Below are positions 37,869-47,366 of a stretch of DNA of 64,000 nt, one piece after another. Both the position numbers and the translations under genes were made by a program. Source of the stretch: Deltaproteobacteria bacterium. GTDB taxonomy: Bacteria > Bdellovibrionota > FAC87 > UBA2466. Position 1 is the stretch's first letter. Every line of letters begins with the position of its first letter. Under the pieces are notes generated by a model. The model was not told the origin of the DNA, did not search any database, and worked only from the letters and a program-made list of their open reading frames with translations. The stretch is from the NCBI GenBank assembly GCA_900299195.1, contig OMIX01000081.1, forward strand, positions 1,407 through 65,406, written 5' to 3'.

Positions 37869-40800
37869 CTAGCCCGCTTCTTCAGTGACATCAAGCCTTC
37901 GGCAAAGTTCCTGAACTTCTTTTAGTTGTGACCGCCAGTCAGTGTTTTCCACTGAAAAAACGAATTTCTGATCAGGAGTCAGTGAATATCGCTGTGGGTT
38001 AGACTGAATGAGTTTAACCAGCTTTTCAGGGCTGGCCGGGGTGGTTGGGGCAAATTGCAGAGAAGTCCGTTTGGGACCACAGCTCATTCGTAAAACATGA
38101 AGTTGTTTCAAGTACAGTTTGATCACCATCAACCCGATTAAGTTGGTCACTTCTTCGGGGAGAGTTCCTAAGCGATCCCTGATTTCGGTTTCCATATTGG
38201 CAATGGCATCTTCAGATTCTGCACTGGAAAGCTTGCGATACAATGAAACCCTTTCCCCAACGTCAGGCAAGTAGTCGTTGGGAAAATATGCGGCTACTTT
38301 GAGAGTGATCTCGGGCTCAATTTCTACCTTTTTCTTCTGTCCTCTAAGTTCATGAATGCTTTCTTCAAGCAGCTCAAAATAGAGGTCGACTCCGATTGCA
38401 TTGATGTGCCCCGACTGCTCCTTACCTAAAAGTTCACCAGCGCCCCGAATTTCAAGATCGTGACTTGCAATATTAAATCCACTACCCAAATCGGAATATC
38501 TTTGGATGACTTGGAGCCGTTCCTTGGCATCTCCAGTCAATTGGGTTTCAGAAGGGGCTAGTAAGTAGCAATAAGCTCGTTGAGCGGATCGTCCTACGCG
38601 TCCTCGAAGTTGATACAACTGTGCCAATCCAAAATAATTAGCTTTATCTATGATGATCGTATTGGCTTTTGGAATATCGAGTCCGGACTCGATGATGGCA
38701 GTGGTGAGTAGGATCTGGAAATTTCCTTGATAAAACCCGAGCATTTTCTTTTCAAGCTCATCGGCATCCATTTGTCCATGGACCACGGCGATCTTCATCT
38801 TTGGAAAAAGAGTAAGAAGTCTCTTCTCAAGTTCGTAAAGAGATTCGATACGATTATGGACGAAAAATACCTGACCTTCTCTTAAAAGCTCATTTTGGAT
38901 GGCTTCTGTGATCACTTGGTCCGAATCCCGACAGACAAAAGTTCTCACACTCAATCGATCCGGAGGGGGAGTGGCTATCACCGAAATTTCTTTAATCCCC
39001 ATCATCGCCATGTTCAAGGTTCTTGGAATGGGAGTTGCCGTCATAGAAAGAACATGGATTGAACCCGCAAGTTGTTTAAGACGTTCTTTGTGAATCACAC
39101 CGAATCGATGTTCCTCGTCGATAATGAGAAGTGCAAGATCTTTAAACTGAATATCAGGGGAGATTAAGCGGTGAGTGCCAACCAAAACATCCACTTTTCC
39201 TTCTTTTAAATCGCTGAGGATTTTTTTAGTTTCAGCCGCAGTTCGAAATCGAGAAATCATTTCGATGCGAGTTGGCGTGTTTTTAAATCGTGACTTGAAG
39301 CTTTCAAAGTGTTGAAAGGCTAGAACTGTAGTGGGCACTAAAACGGCAACTTGTTTCCCATCTAAAACTGCTCGGTAAGCAGCTCTCATGGCAACTTCGG
39401 TTTTTCCGTAGCCCACGTCTCCACAAACCAATCGATCCATGGGATGTTTTTGACTAAGATCGTGCATAACATCTTCGATAGCACGCATTTGATCCGGAGT
39501 TTCGTCAAAAGGAAACTCCATTTCGAATTGCAAGTAATCAGGTCCTAGGGGGGAAAAAGCAGGAGCTGAGAGAAGTTTTCTTTTGGCTTGGATATCTAAA
39601 AGCTGAGCCGCCAGTTCTGCAATGGCCTTCTCCGCTTTTTTCTTAGTTTTGGCCCAAGCCTCTCCCCCCAACTTATCAACAACAACGTGGGCTCCTTCCC
39701 CACCTACGTATTTTTGTACGATATTGAGTCGATAAACGGGAATATAAAGTTTGTCCCCATCTCGGTATTCCAAAAGAACATAATCATTAGGAACCCCAAC
39801 GAAATCCATGGATTTGAGGCCTAGATATCTGCCCACGCCGAAATCCTTATGAACCACATAGTCATTAATTTTTAAATCTCTGAATGCAGAGATCAGTTTG
39901 CTCTGTTCAGCTTGAGTGACTTTACCACCCGAGCGGGCAACCCGTTTCTTAACGCCAAAAATTTCTTCTTCACTGATGAAAATGGTTTTTAACGAAGGGT
40001 ATATTCGACTTTGAAGGAGAAAACCTTGCCAAACATGAAGCCTATTAAAATCACAGCTTGGCATTATGCTCCAGGGAGTTTCAGACTCCGGATGCAATTG
40101 AATGTGAAATCCATGCGGAGAAAAAAGCATTTGGATTCTATCAGCATGGACTTGAGTGTGAGAGACAATGTGGATTCTGTAGCCCTCATCCATCCAGCCG
40201 CGAAATTTCTTGGTGAAGGCATCTAATGAAGGGTGGGAGCTTCCTTTTTGGTGGGCCGCAGTTCTTTCTTGGCTAAGTGAGACTTCAAGTGAACTCAAAT
40301 AAAACTCTTTATTCGATTCACTCTCTTGGAACGGCTCAAAGAAATAATGGTCGTGGCCCACCATGGCTTTCTCAATTTCCGCAGGAGCAAGAAATAACTC
40401 CTCAGACTTACTGATGGGGAGAAGATTCTTTTCAAATAATTCATAGTTCTTTAATAGTTTTGGAAACTCGTCTTCATTCGCTACTTCAATTAAACTTTTC
40501 TTGCCCTCCCAAATGAAAAGAGTTTTGTTCGAAAAATATTCGAAAATCGAACTTGAACCTTCACAGAGAACTGGGAAAAGAAACATGTTTTCTTGTGAGA
40601 GAGTTCCCATTTTTAGATTGTCTAGGATTTCATCTCGTTTGAATTTGGGGACGCCAAGAGAATCTAAGCGCTCTTTGACAGCTCCGGACACTTTGTTGAG
40701 CATCTCTCCATGAGGAACCAAAGATAAATTGACCGGAACCACAAAGGCCTTATCGATTTGGCTTAACGATCTTTGTGAAGAGGGATCAAAGAAACGTAAT

Positions 40801-41426
40801 TCTTCAATCAGATCACCAAAAAACTCAATACGGAAGGGATGAGAATACAAAGGGGAAAAAATATCGATGACACCTCCTCGAACGGAAAAGGTTCCTGGGT
40901 CAAAGGCAGTGGGTTGTCTTTGGTAGCCAGCTTCGATTAAATTTAAAACTAGAGTGTCTCGATTCACTTCCTGATTAGGTTGAAAAGTATGCACTGCGCT
41001 TAAAAATCGCTCAGGCAGTAATCCTTTTTGTAAAACGGCTCGAATCGTTGTGACGAAAACCCGCTTTTTACAATCATTGATAGCATGAAAAAGAGCGATG
41101 TTTCTCTCTGAGAGCACTTCTAGGTTGGGCAATAAACTTCGGTGAAAATCGAATTCAAGTGGGGGAATAAAATGGATTCGTTCGGAAACAGCCTTTCCTC
41201 CCAGAAAAACAAAATGATCGATCGCATTTCTAGCTGCGGCACTCGATGAGAAAACCGCCATGATAGGCTCTTCAGTAGATTGATGACATTTTAAGAGAAC
41301 AAGACCTTGAGAGATCGAGTCTAATCCAACAAAGCTAGACCCTAGAGCGGGAGAGGGGGCTTGTTGAGCTAACCAGTTTTCCCATGGGGTTTTGGAACTA
41401 GAACTGATATCGGAAAATTCTACCAT
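37869..41426 (-). CDS. mfd: transcription-repair coupling factor Mfd
   Basis: 1185 aa with a UvrB-homology N-terminus, a CarD-like domain (DYVVHKDFGVGRY), helicase Walker A GDVGYGKTE, the DEEHRFGV box and a TRG motif region. Confidence 0.95.
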   Translation of the reverse strand: MVEFSDISSSSKTPWENWLAQQAPSPALGSSFVGLDSISQGLVLLKCHQSTEEPIMAVFSSSAAARNAIDHFVFLGGKAVSERIHFIPPLEFDFHRSLLPNLEVLSERNIALFHAINDCKKRVFVTTIRAVLQKGLLPERFLSAVHTFQPNQEVNRDTLVLNLIEAGYQRQPTAFDPGTFSVRGGVIDIFSPLYSHPFRIEFFGDLIEELRFFDPSSQRSLSQIDKAFVVPVNLSLVPHGEMLNKVSGAVKERLDSLGVPKFKRDEILDNLKMGTLSQENMFLFPVLCEGSSSIFEYFSNKTLFIWEGKKSLIEVANEDEFPKLLKNYELFEKNLLPISKSEELFLAPAEIEKAMVGHDHYFFEPFQESESNKEFYLSSLEVSLSQERTAAHQKGSSHPSLDAFTKKFRGWMDEGYRIHIVSHTQVHADRIQMLFSPHGFHIQLHPESETPWSIMPSCDFNRLHVWQGFLLQSRIYPSLKTIFISEEEIFGVKKRVARSGGKVTQAEQSKLISAFRDLKINDYVVHKDFGVGRYLGLKSMDFVGVPNDYVLLEYRDGDKLYIPVYRLNIVQKYVGGEGAHVVVDKLGGEAWAKTKKKAEKAIAELAAQLLDIQAKRKLLSAPAFSPLGPDYLQFEMEFPFDETPDQMRAIEDVMHDLSQKHPMDRLVCGDVGYGKTEVAMRAAYRAVLDGKQVAVLVPTTVLAFQHFESFKSRFKNTPTRIEMISRFRTAAETKKILSDLKEGKVDVLVGTHRLISPDIQFKDLALLIIDEEHRFGVIHKERLKQLAGSIHVLSMTATPIPRTLNMAMMGIKEISVIATPPPDRLSVRTFVCRDSDQVITEAIQNELLREGQVFFVHNRIESLYELEKRLLTLFPKMKIAVVHGQMDADELEKKMLGFYQGNFQILLTTAIIESGLDIPKANTIIIDKANYFGLAQLYQLRGRVGRSAQRAYCYLLAPSETQLTGDAKERLQVIQRYSDLGSGFNIASHDLEIRGAGELLGKEQSGHINAIGVDLYFELLEESIHELRGQKKKVEIEPEITLKVAAYFPNDYLPDVGERVSLYRKLSSAESEDAIANMETEIRDRLGTLPEEVTNLIGLMVIKLYLKQLHVLRMSCGPKRTSLQFAPTTPASPEKLVKLIQSNPQRYSLTPDQKFVFSVENTDWRSQLKEVQELCRRLDVTEEAG

Positions 41427-42418
41427 TCTTCTTTTAATTCTCGACTCATGAGGGATTCCAGCGCTTTACTTGGGGTGTTGGCCTCGTAAAGGATCTTATA
41501 AACTTGCTCAGTGATAGGAAGTTCGATTCCTGCTCTTTGTGATAATTCATAGGCCGACTTTGCTGTATACACTCCTTCGGCTACTCCCCCGAGCTCTTTT
41601 TGAATGGTCTCTAAGGGTTTGCCCTCTCCCAATAAAACACCTACTTTTCGGTTTCGACTCAAGGGTCCCGTGCAAGTGAGAATTAAATCCCCCGTCCCTG
41701 CTAAGCCTAAAAAGGTGAAAGCATCTGCATGGAATTTTTTGGCGATTCTCATGATTTCAGCGATTCCTCGATTGATGAGAGCCGCTTGAGCGTTATACCC
41801 TAACTGAAGTCCACTCACCATTCCAGAGGCTATCGCCACTACATTTTTTAAAGCGCCCGCAAATTCAACTCCGGTCACATCTCTCGAAGTATAAGAACGA
41901 AAATAGGGGGTCGCAAGAGCTTGTTGAATTTTCACTGCATCTTCTAGGTCAGCACTTGCGAGAGTCACCGCGGTTGGAAGTCTTTTGGCTACTTCAAGAG
42001 CGAAACTGGGTCCCGACAAAATGGAATAGATCGATTTAGGAGAAATTTCCGAAAAAATTTCACTCACTCTTCGATTAGATCCGACCTCGATTCCTTTTGA
42101 GGTATTAATCACTAGTTTATTTTGAATGAGAGGAGCTAAAGGTTGAAACACGGATCTAATTTGTTGAGTGGGTATCGCGCAGACTATCCAAGAGGCTTCT
42201 TCTACGGTTCGTTCAAGATCCGAGGAGGCCTTAAGTTTAGGGTTTAAGGAAATACCTTTTAAATATTTGGGATTTGTGTGTTGAGAGTTTAACGTCTGAA
42301 CTGTTTCAGAGTCTCTTCCCCATAAAGTGACCTCGTGTCCGGCATCGGCAAATACATTAGCTAAACCGGTTCCCCAACTTCCAGCACCCACGACAGCTAT
42401 TTTTTTTGCGGTTTTCAT
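41420..42418 (-). CDS. gpsA: NAD(P)H-dependent glycerol-3-phosphate dehydrogenase
   Basis: 332 aa with the Rossmann motif IAVVGAGSWGT, plus GALKNVVAIA and GDLILTC motifs. Confidence 0.95.
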   Translation of the reverse strand: MKTAKKIAVVGAGSWGTGLANVFADAGHEVTLWGRDSETVQTLNSQHTNPKYLKGISLNPKLKASSDLERTVEEASWIVCAIPTQQIRSVFQPLAPLIQNKLVINTSKGIEVGSNRRVSEIFSEISPKSIYSILSGPSFALEVAKRLPTAVTLASADLEDAVKIQQALATPYFRSYTSRDVTGVEFAGALKNVVAIASGMVSGLQLGYNAQAALINRGIAEIMRIAKKFHADAFTFLGLAGTGDLILTCTGPLSRNRKVGVLLGEGKPLETIQKELGGVAEGVYTAKSAYELSQRAGIELPITEQVYKILYEANTPSKALESLMSRELKEEW

Positions 42419-42491
42419 TGCGATGTATCTTAACTCTAAACTTTAAAAAAATCGTCTTTAAAAGCCGTTCAGTTGAGCTTATGATTTGCTG

Positions 42492-44090
42492 ATGTTTGAC
42501 TCATTGCATAGTTGGTTAAGTTATTTACTTCGGTGGGGCCATTTAATTGCCGGAATTTCTTGGATTGGAAGTTCGTTCTATTTCATTTGGCTCGATAAAG
42601 CTCTCACTCTTCCAGAGAAACCTAAAGAAGGAGTCGAGGGTGAGGTTTGGATGGTTCACAGCGGTGGCTTTTATCAAGTGGAACGCCGTAAGATAGGTCC
42701 CGGCTCCATGCCACAAACGCTTCATTGGTTTAAATGGGAAGCTGCTTTTACTTGGATCACAGGGGTTCTTTTAATGGCAGTGGTTTACTATGCGGGTGGG
42801 GGAACACTTTTATTTGATGCTGCAAATTCCGATAAAAATGTCTTTCAAGCTATCGCTGTTTCTCTTTTAACTTTGCCGGTTTCTTGGCTCGTCTACGATG
42901 GACTATGGAATTCCACTTTAGGAAAAAATACGACCCTGGCCACTCTCATTTCTTTCGGCTTGATGATTGCTCTAGTGTGGGGTCTGTCTAAGTTTTTTGG
43001 CGGCAGAGCAGCTTACATGCATGTGGGGGCCGTTTTTGGAACGCTCATGGTAGCCAATGTTTGGATGCGAATTCTGCCTGCACAGCAAAAAATGATCGAT
43101 GCCACTAAAGAGGGCAGACAACCCGATTTCACGTTGAGTGGAAAAGCTAAACTTCGTTCGGTTCATAATAGCTATCTCACACTTCCCGTTTTATTTTTAA
43201 TGTTGAGTAATCACTATCCCATGACCTATGGAAGTGAGAACAATGTCATTATTCTTTTGCTGTTATTTGTTTTAGGAGCAGCGGTCCGACATTACAAAAT
43301 TACTAAAAATAAAGTCGGGTGGTTACCTCCAGTATTGATTCTAGGATCTCTTTTGGGGCTTGCCTACTTAACGGTCGAAAAGAGTACTGAATCCACTGAA
43401 TCCACTCTGCCAAATGGGGCTGAAAAAAAGATAACTCAAATTGATAGTGTTCAATCAACCGACTCTACTAAAGTTGATACTATCATTAAGTTTACTGGGG
43501 ATGTTCCTGCACCCAAAAAAGTTTCAGCTACTCCGGAATGTGTGTCGGCCAATGGACGACCGTTATTTAATGAAAACTTACAGGTACAAAACGGAAGACT
43601 TCAAAATGTTTTTGTCTGGATTAGCGAGGGTTTAGAGGGAAAAACCTTTCCCATTCCATCAAACGAAGTTGAAATGGACCAAAAAAATTGTGCTTATCAA
43701 CCTCATGTGGTGGGAGTACAAGCGGGTCAAACTATCACTTTTTTAAATAGTGATAGTTTTCTTCATAATGTTCACTCTATGGCCAAAGAAAATGACAGAT
43801 TCAATGTGACACTTACGAATCAAGGTCAAAGAGTTAAGAGAAAACTAATGAAACCAGAAATTATGTTGCGATCGAAATGTGATATCCATCCTTGGATGAC
43901 GGGCTATGTCGGAGTGGTTTCTCATCCTTTTTTCGGGGTTTCTGATACTCAAGGGAAGGTGACTTTAACAAATATTCCCCCAGGTACCTATACGCTTTCC
44001 GCTTGGCATGAGACTTTGGGAATTAAAACACAAAAAATCGATTTATCTTCAAAAAAGAAGAATCAATCTTTAGAGTTCTCATTTCCTTAA
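42492..44090 (+). CDS. puuD: PuuD-type membrane urate hydroxylase fused to a C-terminal cupredoxin (type-1 Cu) domain and Ig-like domain
   Basis: The N-terminal ~290 aa is multi-TM, with RWGHLIAGISWIGSSFYFIWLD as in the COG3748/PuuD family. The C-terminus has FLHNVHS (43764-43775) and CDIHPWM (43878-43898), matching the amicyanin ligand pattern HNVH ... C-x2-H-x2-M. No CxxCH haem site is present. A TTG start at 42486 is also possible. Confidence 0.65.
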   Translation: MFDSLHSWLSYLLRWGHLIAGISWIGSSFYFIWLDKALTLPEKPKEGVEGEVWMVHSGGFYQVERRKIGPGSMPQTLHWFKWEAAFTWITGVLLMAVVYYAGGGTLLFDAANSDKNVFQAIAVSLLTLPVSWLVYDGLWNSTLGKNTTLATLISFGLMIALVWGLSKFFGGRAAYMHVGAVFGTLMVANVWMRILPAQQKMIDATKEGRQPDFTLSGKAKLRSVHNSYLTLPVLFLMLSNHYPMTYGSENNVIILLLLFVLGAAVRHYKITKNKVGWLPPVLILGSLLGLAYLTVEKSTESTESTLPNGAEKKITQIDSVQSTDSTKVDTIIKFTGDVPAPKKVSATPECVSANGRPLFNENLQVQNGRLQNVFVWISEGLEGKTFPIPSNEVEMDQKNCAYQPHVVGVQAGQTITFLNSDSFLHNVHSMAKENDRFNVTLTNQGQRVKRKLMKPEIMLRSKCDIHPWMTGYVGVVSHPFFGVSDTQGKVTLTNIPPGTYTLSAWHETLGIKTQKIDLSSKKKNQSLEFSFP

Positions 44091-44104
44091 TCTCAGGTTG
44101 AACT

Positions 44105-45457
44105 ATGACATCTTTTGCTATCAAAAGTCGGTCGGTGCTTTTACCGGAATCGGGCCAATCCCTAGCTTCGTTACGACCTGCCATTTTAGTGGTTGTGGAT
44201 GGAAAAATTCATCAAGTGACGACCGAAAAAGAGAGCAAATTTTCGGGTGGAATCATTGATGTGGGTGATCTCGTAGTGATGCCTGGCATTTGTGACACTC
44301 ACGTTCATATGAATGAACCTGGTCGAACGGAGTGGGAAGGAATTAGGACAGCCACTCAAGCTGCAGCTGCGGGTGGGATCACGACTTTGGTCGATATGCC
44401 TCTTAACTCAATTCCTCCAACAACCCATGTTGAAGCTCTGAAACTTAAGAGAAGTTCAGCAGGAAAAACAGCTTATGTCGATTATGGGTTTTGGGGCGGG
44501 GTGATCCCTGGCAACCTGAGTGATCTAGAACCTTTGATTTCCCATGGAGTTTTGGGATTTAAAGCGTTTATGATCGACTCAGGTGTTTCCGAGTTTCCGA
44601 TGGCTTCTCAAGAGGTCATTCGAGAGAGTTTGAAGATCTTGGCAAAACACCAAGTTCCTTTGCTGGTTCATGCAGAATTTGAGAGTCCGGTAAAAGTTAA
44701 TGATCCTTCAGTGCGTAGTTACAGGCATTATTTAGAATCAAGACCTTCTTATTGGGAAGTTGAAGCGATTCAACAAATCATCCGTGTAGCTCAAGAGACT
44801 GGCGCTCGTGTTCATATTGTTCATCTTTCAGCTGCCGAAGCGATTAAGGAAATTCAAGAAGCCAAAAAAAAGGGATTGCCCGTTTCGGTAGAAACCTGTC
44901 CCCATTACTTGACTTTAAAGGCGGAGGAAATTTCTGAGGGTGAAACGCATTTTAAATGTGCTCCCCCCATTCGAAACGAGAAGAATCAAAATTTGTTATG
45001 GGATGGATTAAAGAACGGGGTGATCGATTTTATTGTCTCTGATCATTCTCCCTGTACCCCACAATTAAAAAATTTGGAAAGCGGAAATTTTGATACGGCT
45101 TGGGGGGGAATCGCAGGTCTTCAATTCAGCTTACCTGTGATTTGGACTGAGATGAAGAGCCGTGGTTTTTCTTTGGGGCATCTTTCTCTGTGGATGTCTC
45201 AATTGACGACAGAGTTTCTCATGATTGAGGGTAAAACTGGAAGAATTGAAGAAGGCTGCGATGCCGATCTTGTCGTGTGGGATCCTAATGAAACTTTTAC
45301 TTTGAAGGAGTCACAAATTCTTCATCGTCACAAAGTGACTCCCTATCTAGGGAAGAAACTCTCTGGAGTCGTTAAAATGACTTTTGTTCGTGGACAAAAA
45401 GTTTATGATGAGGGACAGCTGAAGGGACCTGTGGGACTAGAGGTTAAAAGAAAATAA
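44105..45457 (+). CDS. allB: allantoinase (amidohydrolase type)
   Basis: 450 aa with DTHVHMNEPGRTEWEGI, GGITTLVDMPLNSIPPTT, the KAF carbamyl-Lys region, FKCAPPIR and DHSP motifs. Confidence 0.9.
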   Translation: MTSFAIKSRSVLLPESGQSLASLRPAILVVVDGKIHQVTTEKESKFSGGIIDVGDLVVMPGICDTHVHMNEPGRTEWEGIRTATQAAAAGGITTLVDMPLNSIPPTTHVEALKLKRSSAGKTAYVDYGFWGGVIPGNLSDLEPLISHGVLGFKAFMIDSGVSEFPMASQEVIRESLKILAKHQVPLLVHAEFESPVKVNDPSVRSYRHYLESRPSYWEVEAIQQIIRVAQETGARVHIVHLSAAEAIKEIQEAKKKGLPVSVETCPHYLTLKAEEISEGETHFKCAPPIRNEKNQNLLWDGLKNGVIDFIVSDHSPCTPQLKNLESGNFDTAWGGIAGLQFSLPVIWTEMKSRGFSLGHLSLWMSQLTTEFLMIEGKTGRIEEGCDADLVVWDPNETFTLKESQILHRHKVTPYLGKKLSGVVKMTFVRGQKVYDEGQLKGPVGLEVKRK

Positions 45458-45472
45458 ATACGAGGAAAAATT

Positions 45473-46510
45473 ATGGAAACGCCATCGAATATACAGAATC
45501 CGTTTCAGCATTTAGTAGATTTGGCTTCTGAGAGATTGGGGGGGAAAGCCATTTTCGCTAATGACGATTTTTTTGCATCCAAGAATGGACTGGTAAAAGC
45601 GGAAGAACCCATTTTTATTCCGGGCAAATATACGGCCAATGGAAAGTGGATGGATGGGTGGGAGTCTCGTAGAAGACGAACTCCCGGCCATGATTGGTGC
45701 TTATTAAAACTAGGGGTCGCGGGAACTATATCGGGTTTGGATGTGAATACCCGGTATTTTACAGGGAACTATCCTGAACATTTCTCGTTGGAGGCTACTC
45801 ACTGTTCAAAAAATATCACGGCTGCCAATTTGAGTAAGGTAAAGTTAGATTGGGTAGAGTTAGTCCCCAGAACAGCGCTAAAAGGAGATACTCATAATTT
45901 CTTTCCTGTCAAAAATGACAAATCCTGGACCCATCTGCGCTTGAATATTTTTCCAGATGGAGGGGTCGCACGACTTCGCGTCTATGGAAATGTAACGGCG
46001 GATTGGGAAACATTAAAAAAATCTAAAGTGCCCAAAGATTTAGCTTTAGTAACTCACGGAGCCCAAGTGATCACATGTAATGACAATCACTACGGTCGAA
46101 TGGAAAACCTCATTCTTCCGGGACGAGCCATTAACATGGGAGACGGCTGGGAAACCAAACGCAAACGAGTCCCAGGATACGATTGGATTGTGGTTAAGCT
46201 TGGAACTACAGGTAAAATCAAAAAAATTGAAGTGGACACCCATTTCTTTAAAGGAAATTTCCCGGACACTTGTTCCATCGAAGGTTGTCGGTATCCCAAA
46301 CGAGATTTAACGGCTTCAGACTTTATGGCGGGAAAAAATTTAAAGTGGGTTGAAATTTTGCCCAAAACAAAACTTAAAGCTCACTTTAGCCATTTTTTCG
46401 ATAAGGCCCTCACCGAAGTGGCAAAGAAAGAGAGTTTCGACTACTTGCGATTAAATATTTTTCCTGATGGGGGCGTAAGCCGTCTCAGAGTTTATGGATT
46501 TCCCGAATGA
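45473..46510 (+). CDS. alc: allantoicase
   Basis: 345 aa with two internal repeats, each carrying DGWE(S/T)(R/K)R and FPDGGV(A/S)RLRVYG. Confidence 0.9.
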   Translation: METPSNIQNPFQHLVDLASERLGGKAIFANDDFFASKNGLVKAEEPIFIPGKYTANGKWMDGWESRRRRTPGHDWCLLKLGVAGTISGLDVNTRYFTGNYPEHFSLEATHCSKNITAANLSKVKLDWVELVPRTALKGDTHNFFPVKNDKSWTHLRLNIFPDGGVARLRVYGNVTADWETLKKSKVPKDLALVTHGAQVITCNDNHYGRMENLILPGRAINMGDGWETKRKRVPGYDWIVVKLGTTGKIKKIEVDTHFFKGNFPDTCSIEGCRYPKRDLTASDFMAGKNLKWVEILPKTKLKAHFSHFFDKALTEVAKKESFDYLRLNIFPDGGVSRLRVYGFPE

Positions 46511-47022
46511 ATACTTTGACTCTGTCCCAATTCAACTCACTTCCCATGAAGGATGCCCAGGAGGTTTTAACTCATTGTTGTGGTTCTCATCAGTGGGTTC
46601 AAAAAATGGAAAAGCTTCGTCCTTTTTCTGATCTTTCCGCTGTCTTTTCTTCATCTAGCGAAATTTGGAATGGGTTAACTCAAGAAGACTGGAAAGAGGC
46701 TTTTAGCCACCATCCAAAAATAGGGGATTTAGATTCTTTAAAAAAGAAATTTGCCTCGACCCGCGTTTGGGCCGAGCAGGAACAACGTGGAAGTGAAAAA
46801 GCTTCCATTGCGGTATTACAAGCGCTTGCCTTGGGAAACCAAAACTACGAGAATCGATTTGGTTATATTTTTATCGTTTGTGCTACGGGCAAATCGGCAG
46901 AGCAAATGTTGAACCTGTTAGAGGCTCGATTAAGAAATGATCCCGCACAAGAAATTAAATTAGCGGCTGCGGAGCAGGAAAAGATAACACTTATTCGATT
47001 GGAGAAATTGATTCATGAATAA
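46507..47022 (+). CDS. uraD: 2-oxo-4-hydroxy-4-carboxy-5-ureidoimidazoline (OHCU) decarboxylase
   Basis: 171 aa with HCCGS..W, SHHPKIGD and YENRFGYIFIVCATGKS motifs. It overlaps its neighbours by 4 and 8 nt. Confidence 0.85.
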   Translation: MNTLTLSQFNSLPMKDAQEVLTHCCGSHQWVQKMEKLRPFSDLSAVFSSSSEIWNGLTQEDWKEAFSHHPKIGDLDSLKKKFASTRVWAEQEQRGSEKASIAVLQALALGNQNYENRFGYIFIVCATGKSAEQMLNLLEARLRNDPAQEIKLAAAEQEKITLIRLEKLIHE

Positions 47023-47362
47023 ACGGAGTCCGATTACTACCCATATTTTAGATATCAGTCTTGGAAAGCCAGCGGCTGATGTTTCGTGCAAGCTTGAGAG
47101 GCAAACCACAAAATCGGATTGGGAAAAATTGGGAGAAGGGATGACTAACGCCGATGGACGACAGGAGAACCTATTTTCTGGCCCGCTCACGAGCGGAGTT
47201 TATCGACTGGAGTTTTTCACTAAGCCGTATTTTGAAAGAAAACAAACGAAAAGCTTTTATTCTTCAGTCACTGTGACTTTTGAAGTCACTGCGACCGAAG
47301 AACACTATCATGTTCCCTTACTTTTAAGCCCATTTGGATACTCAACCTATCGAGGAAGTTGA
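47015..47362 (+). CDS. uraH: 5-hydroxyisourate hydrolase (transthyretin-like)
   Basis: 115 aa with ITTHILDISLGKPAADV, HYHVPLLLSPFGYSTYRGS and the diagnostic C-terminal YRGS. Confidence 0.9.
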   Translation: MNKRSPITTHILDISLGKPAADVSCKLERQTTKSDWEKLGEGMTNADGRQENLFSGPLTSGVYRLEFFTKPYFERKQTKSFYSSVTVTFEVTATEEHYHVPLLLSPFGYSTYRGS

Positions 47363-47366
47363 CACT

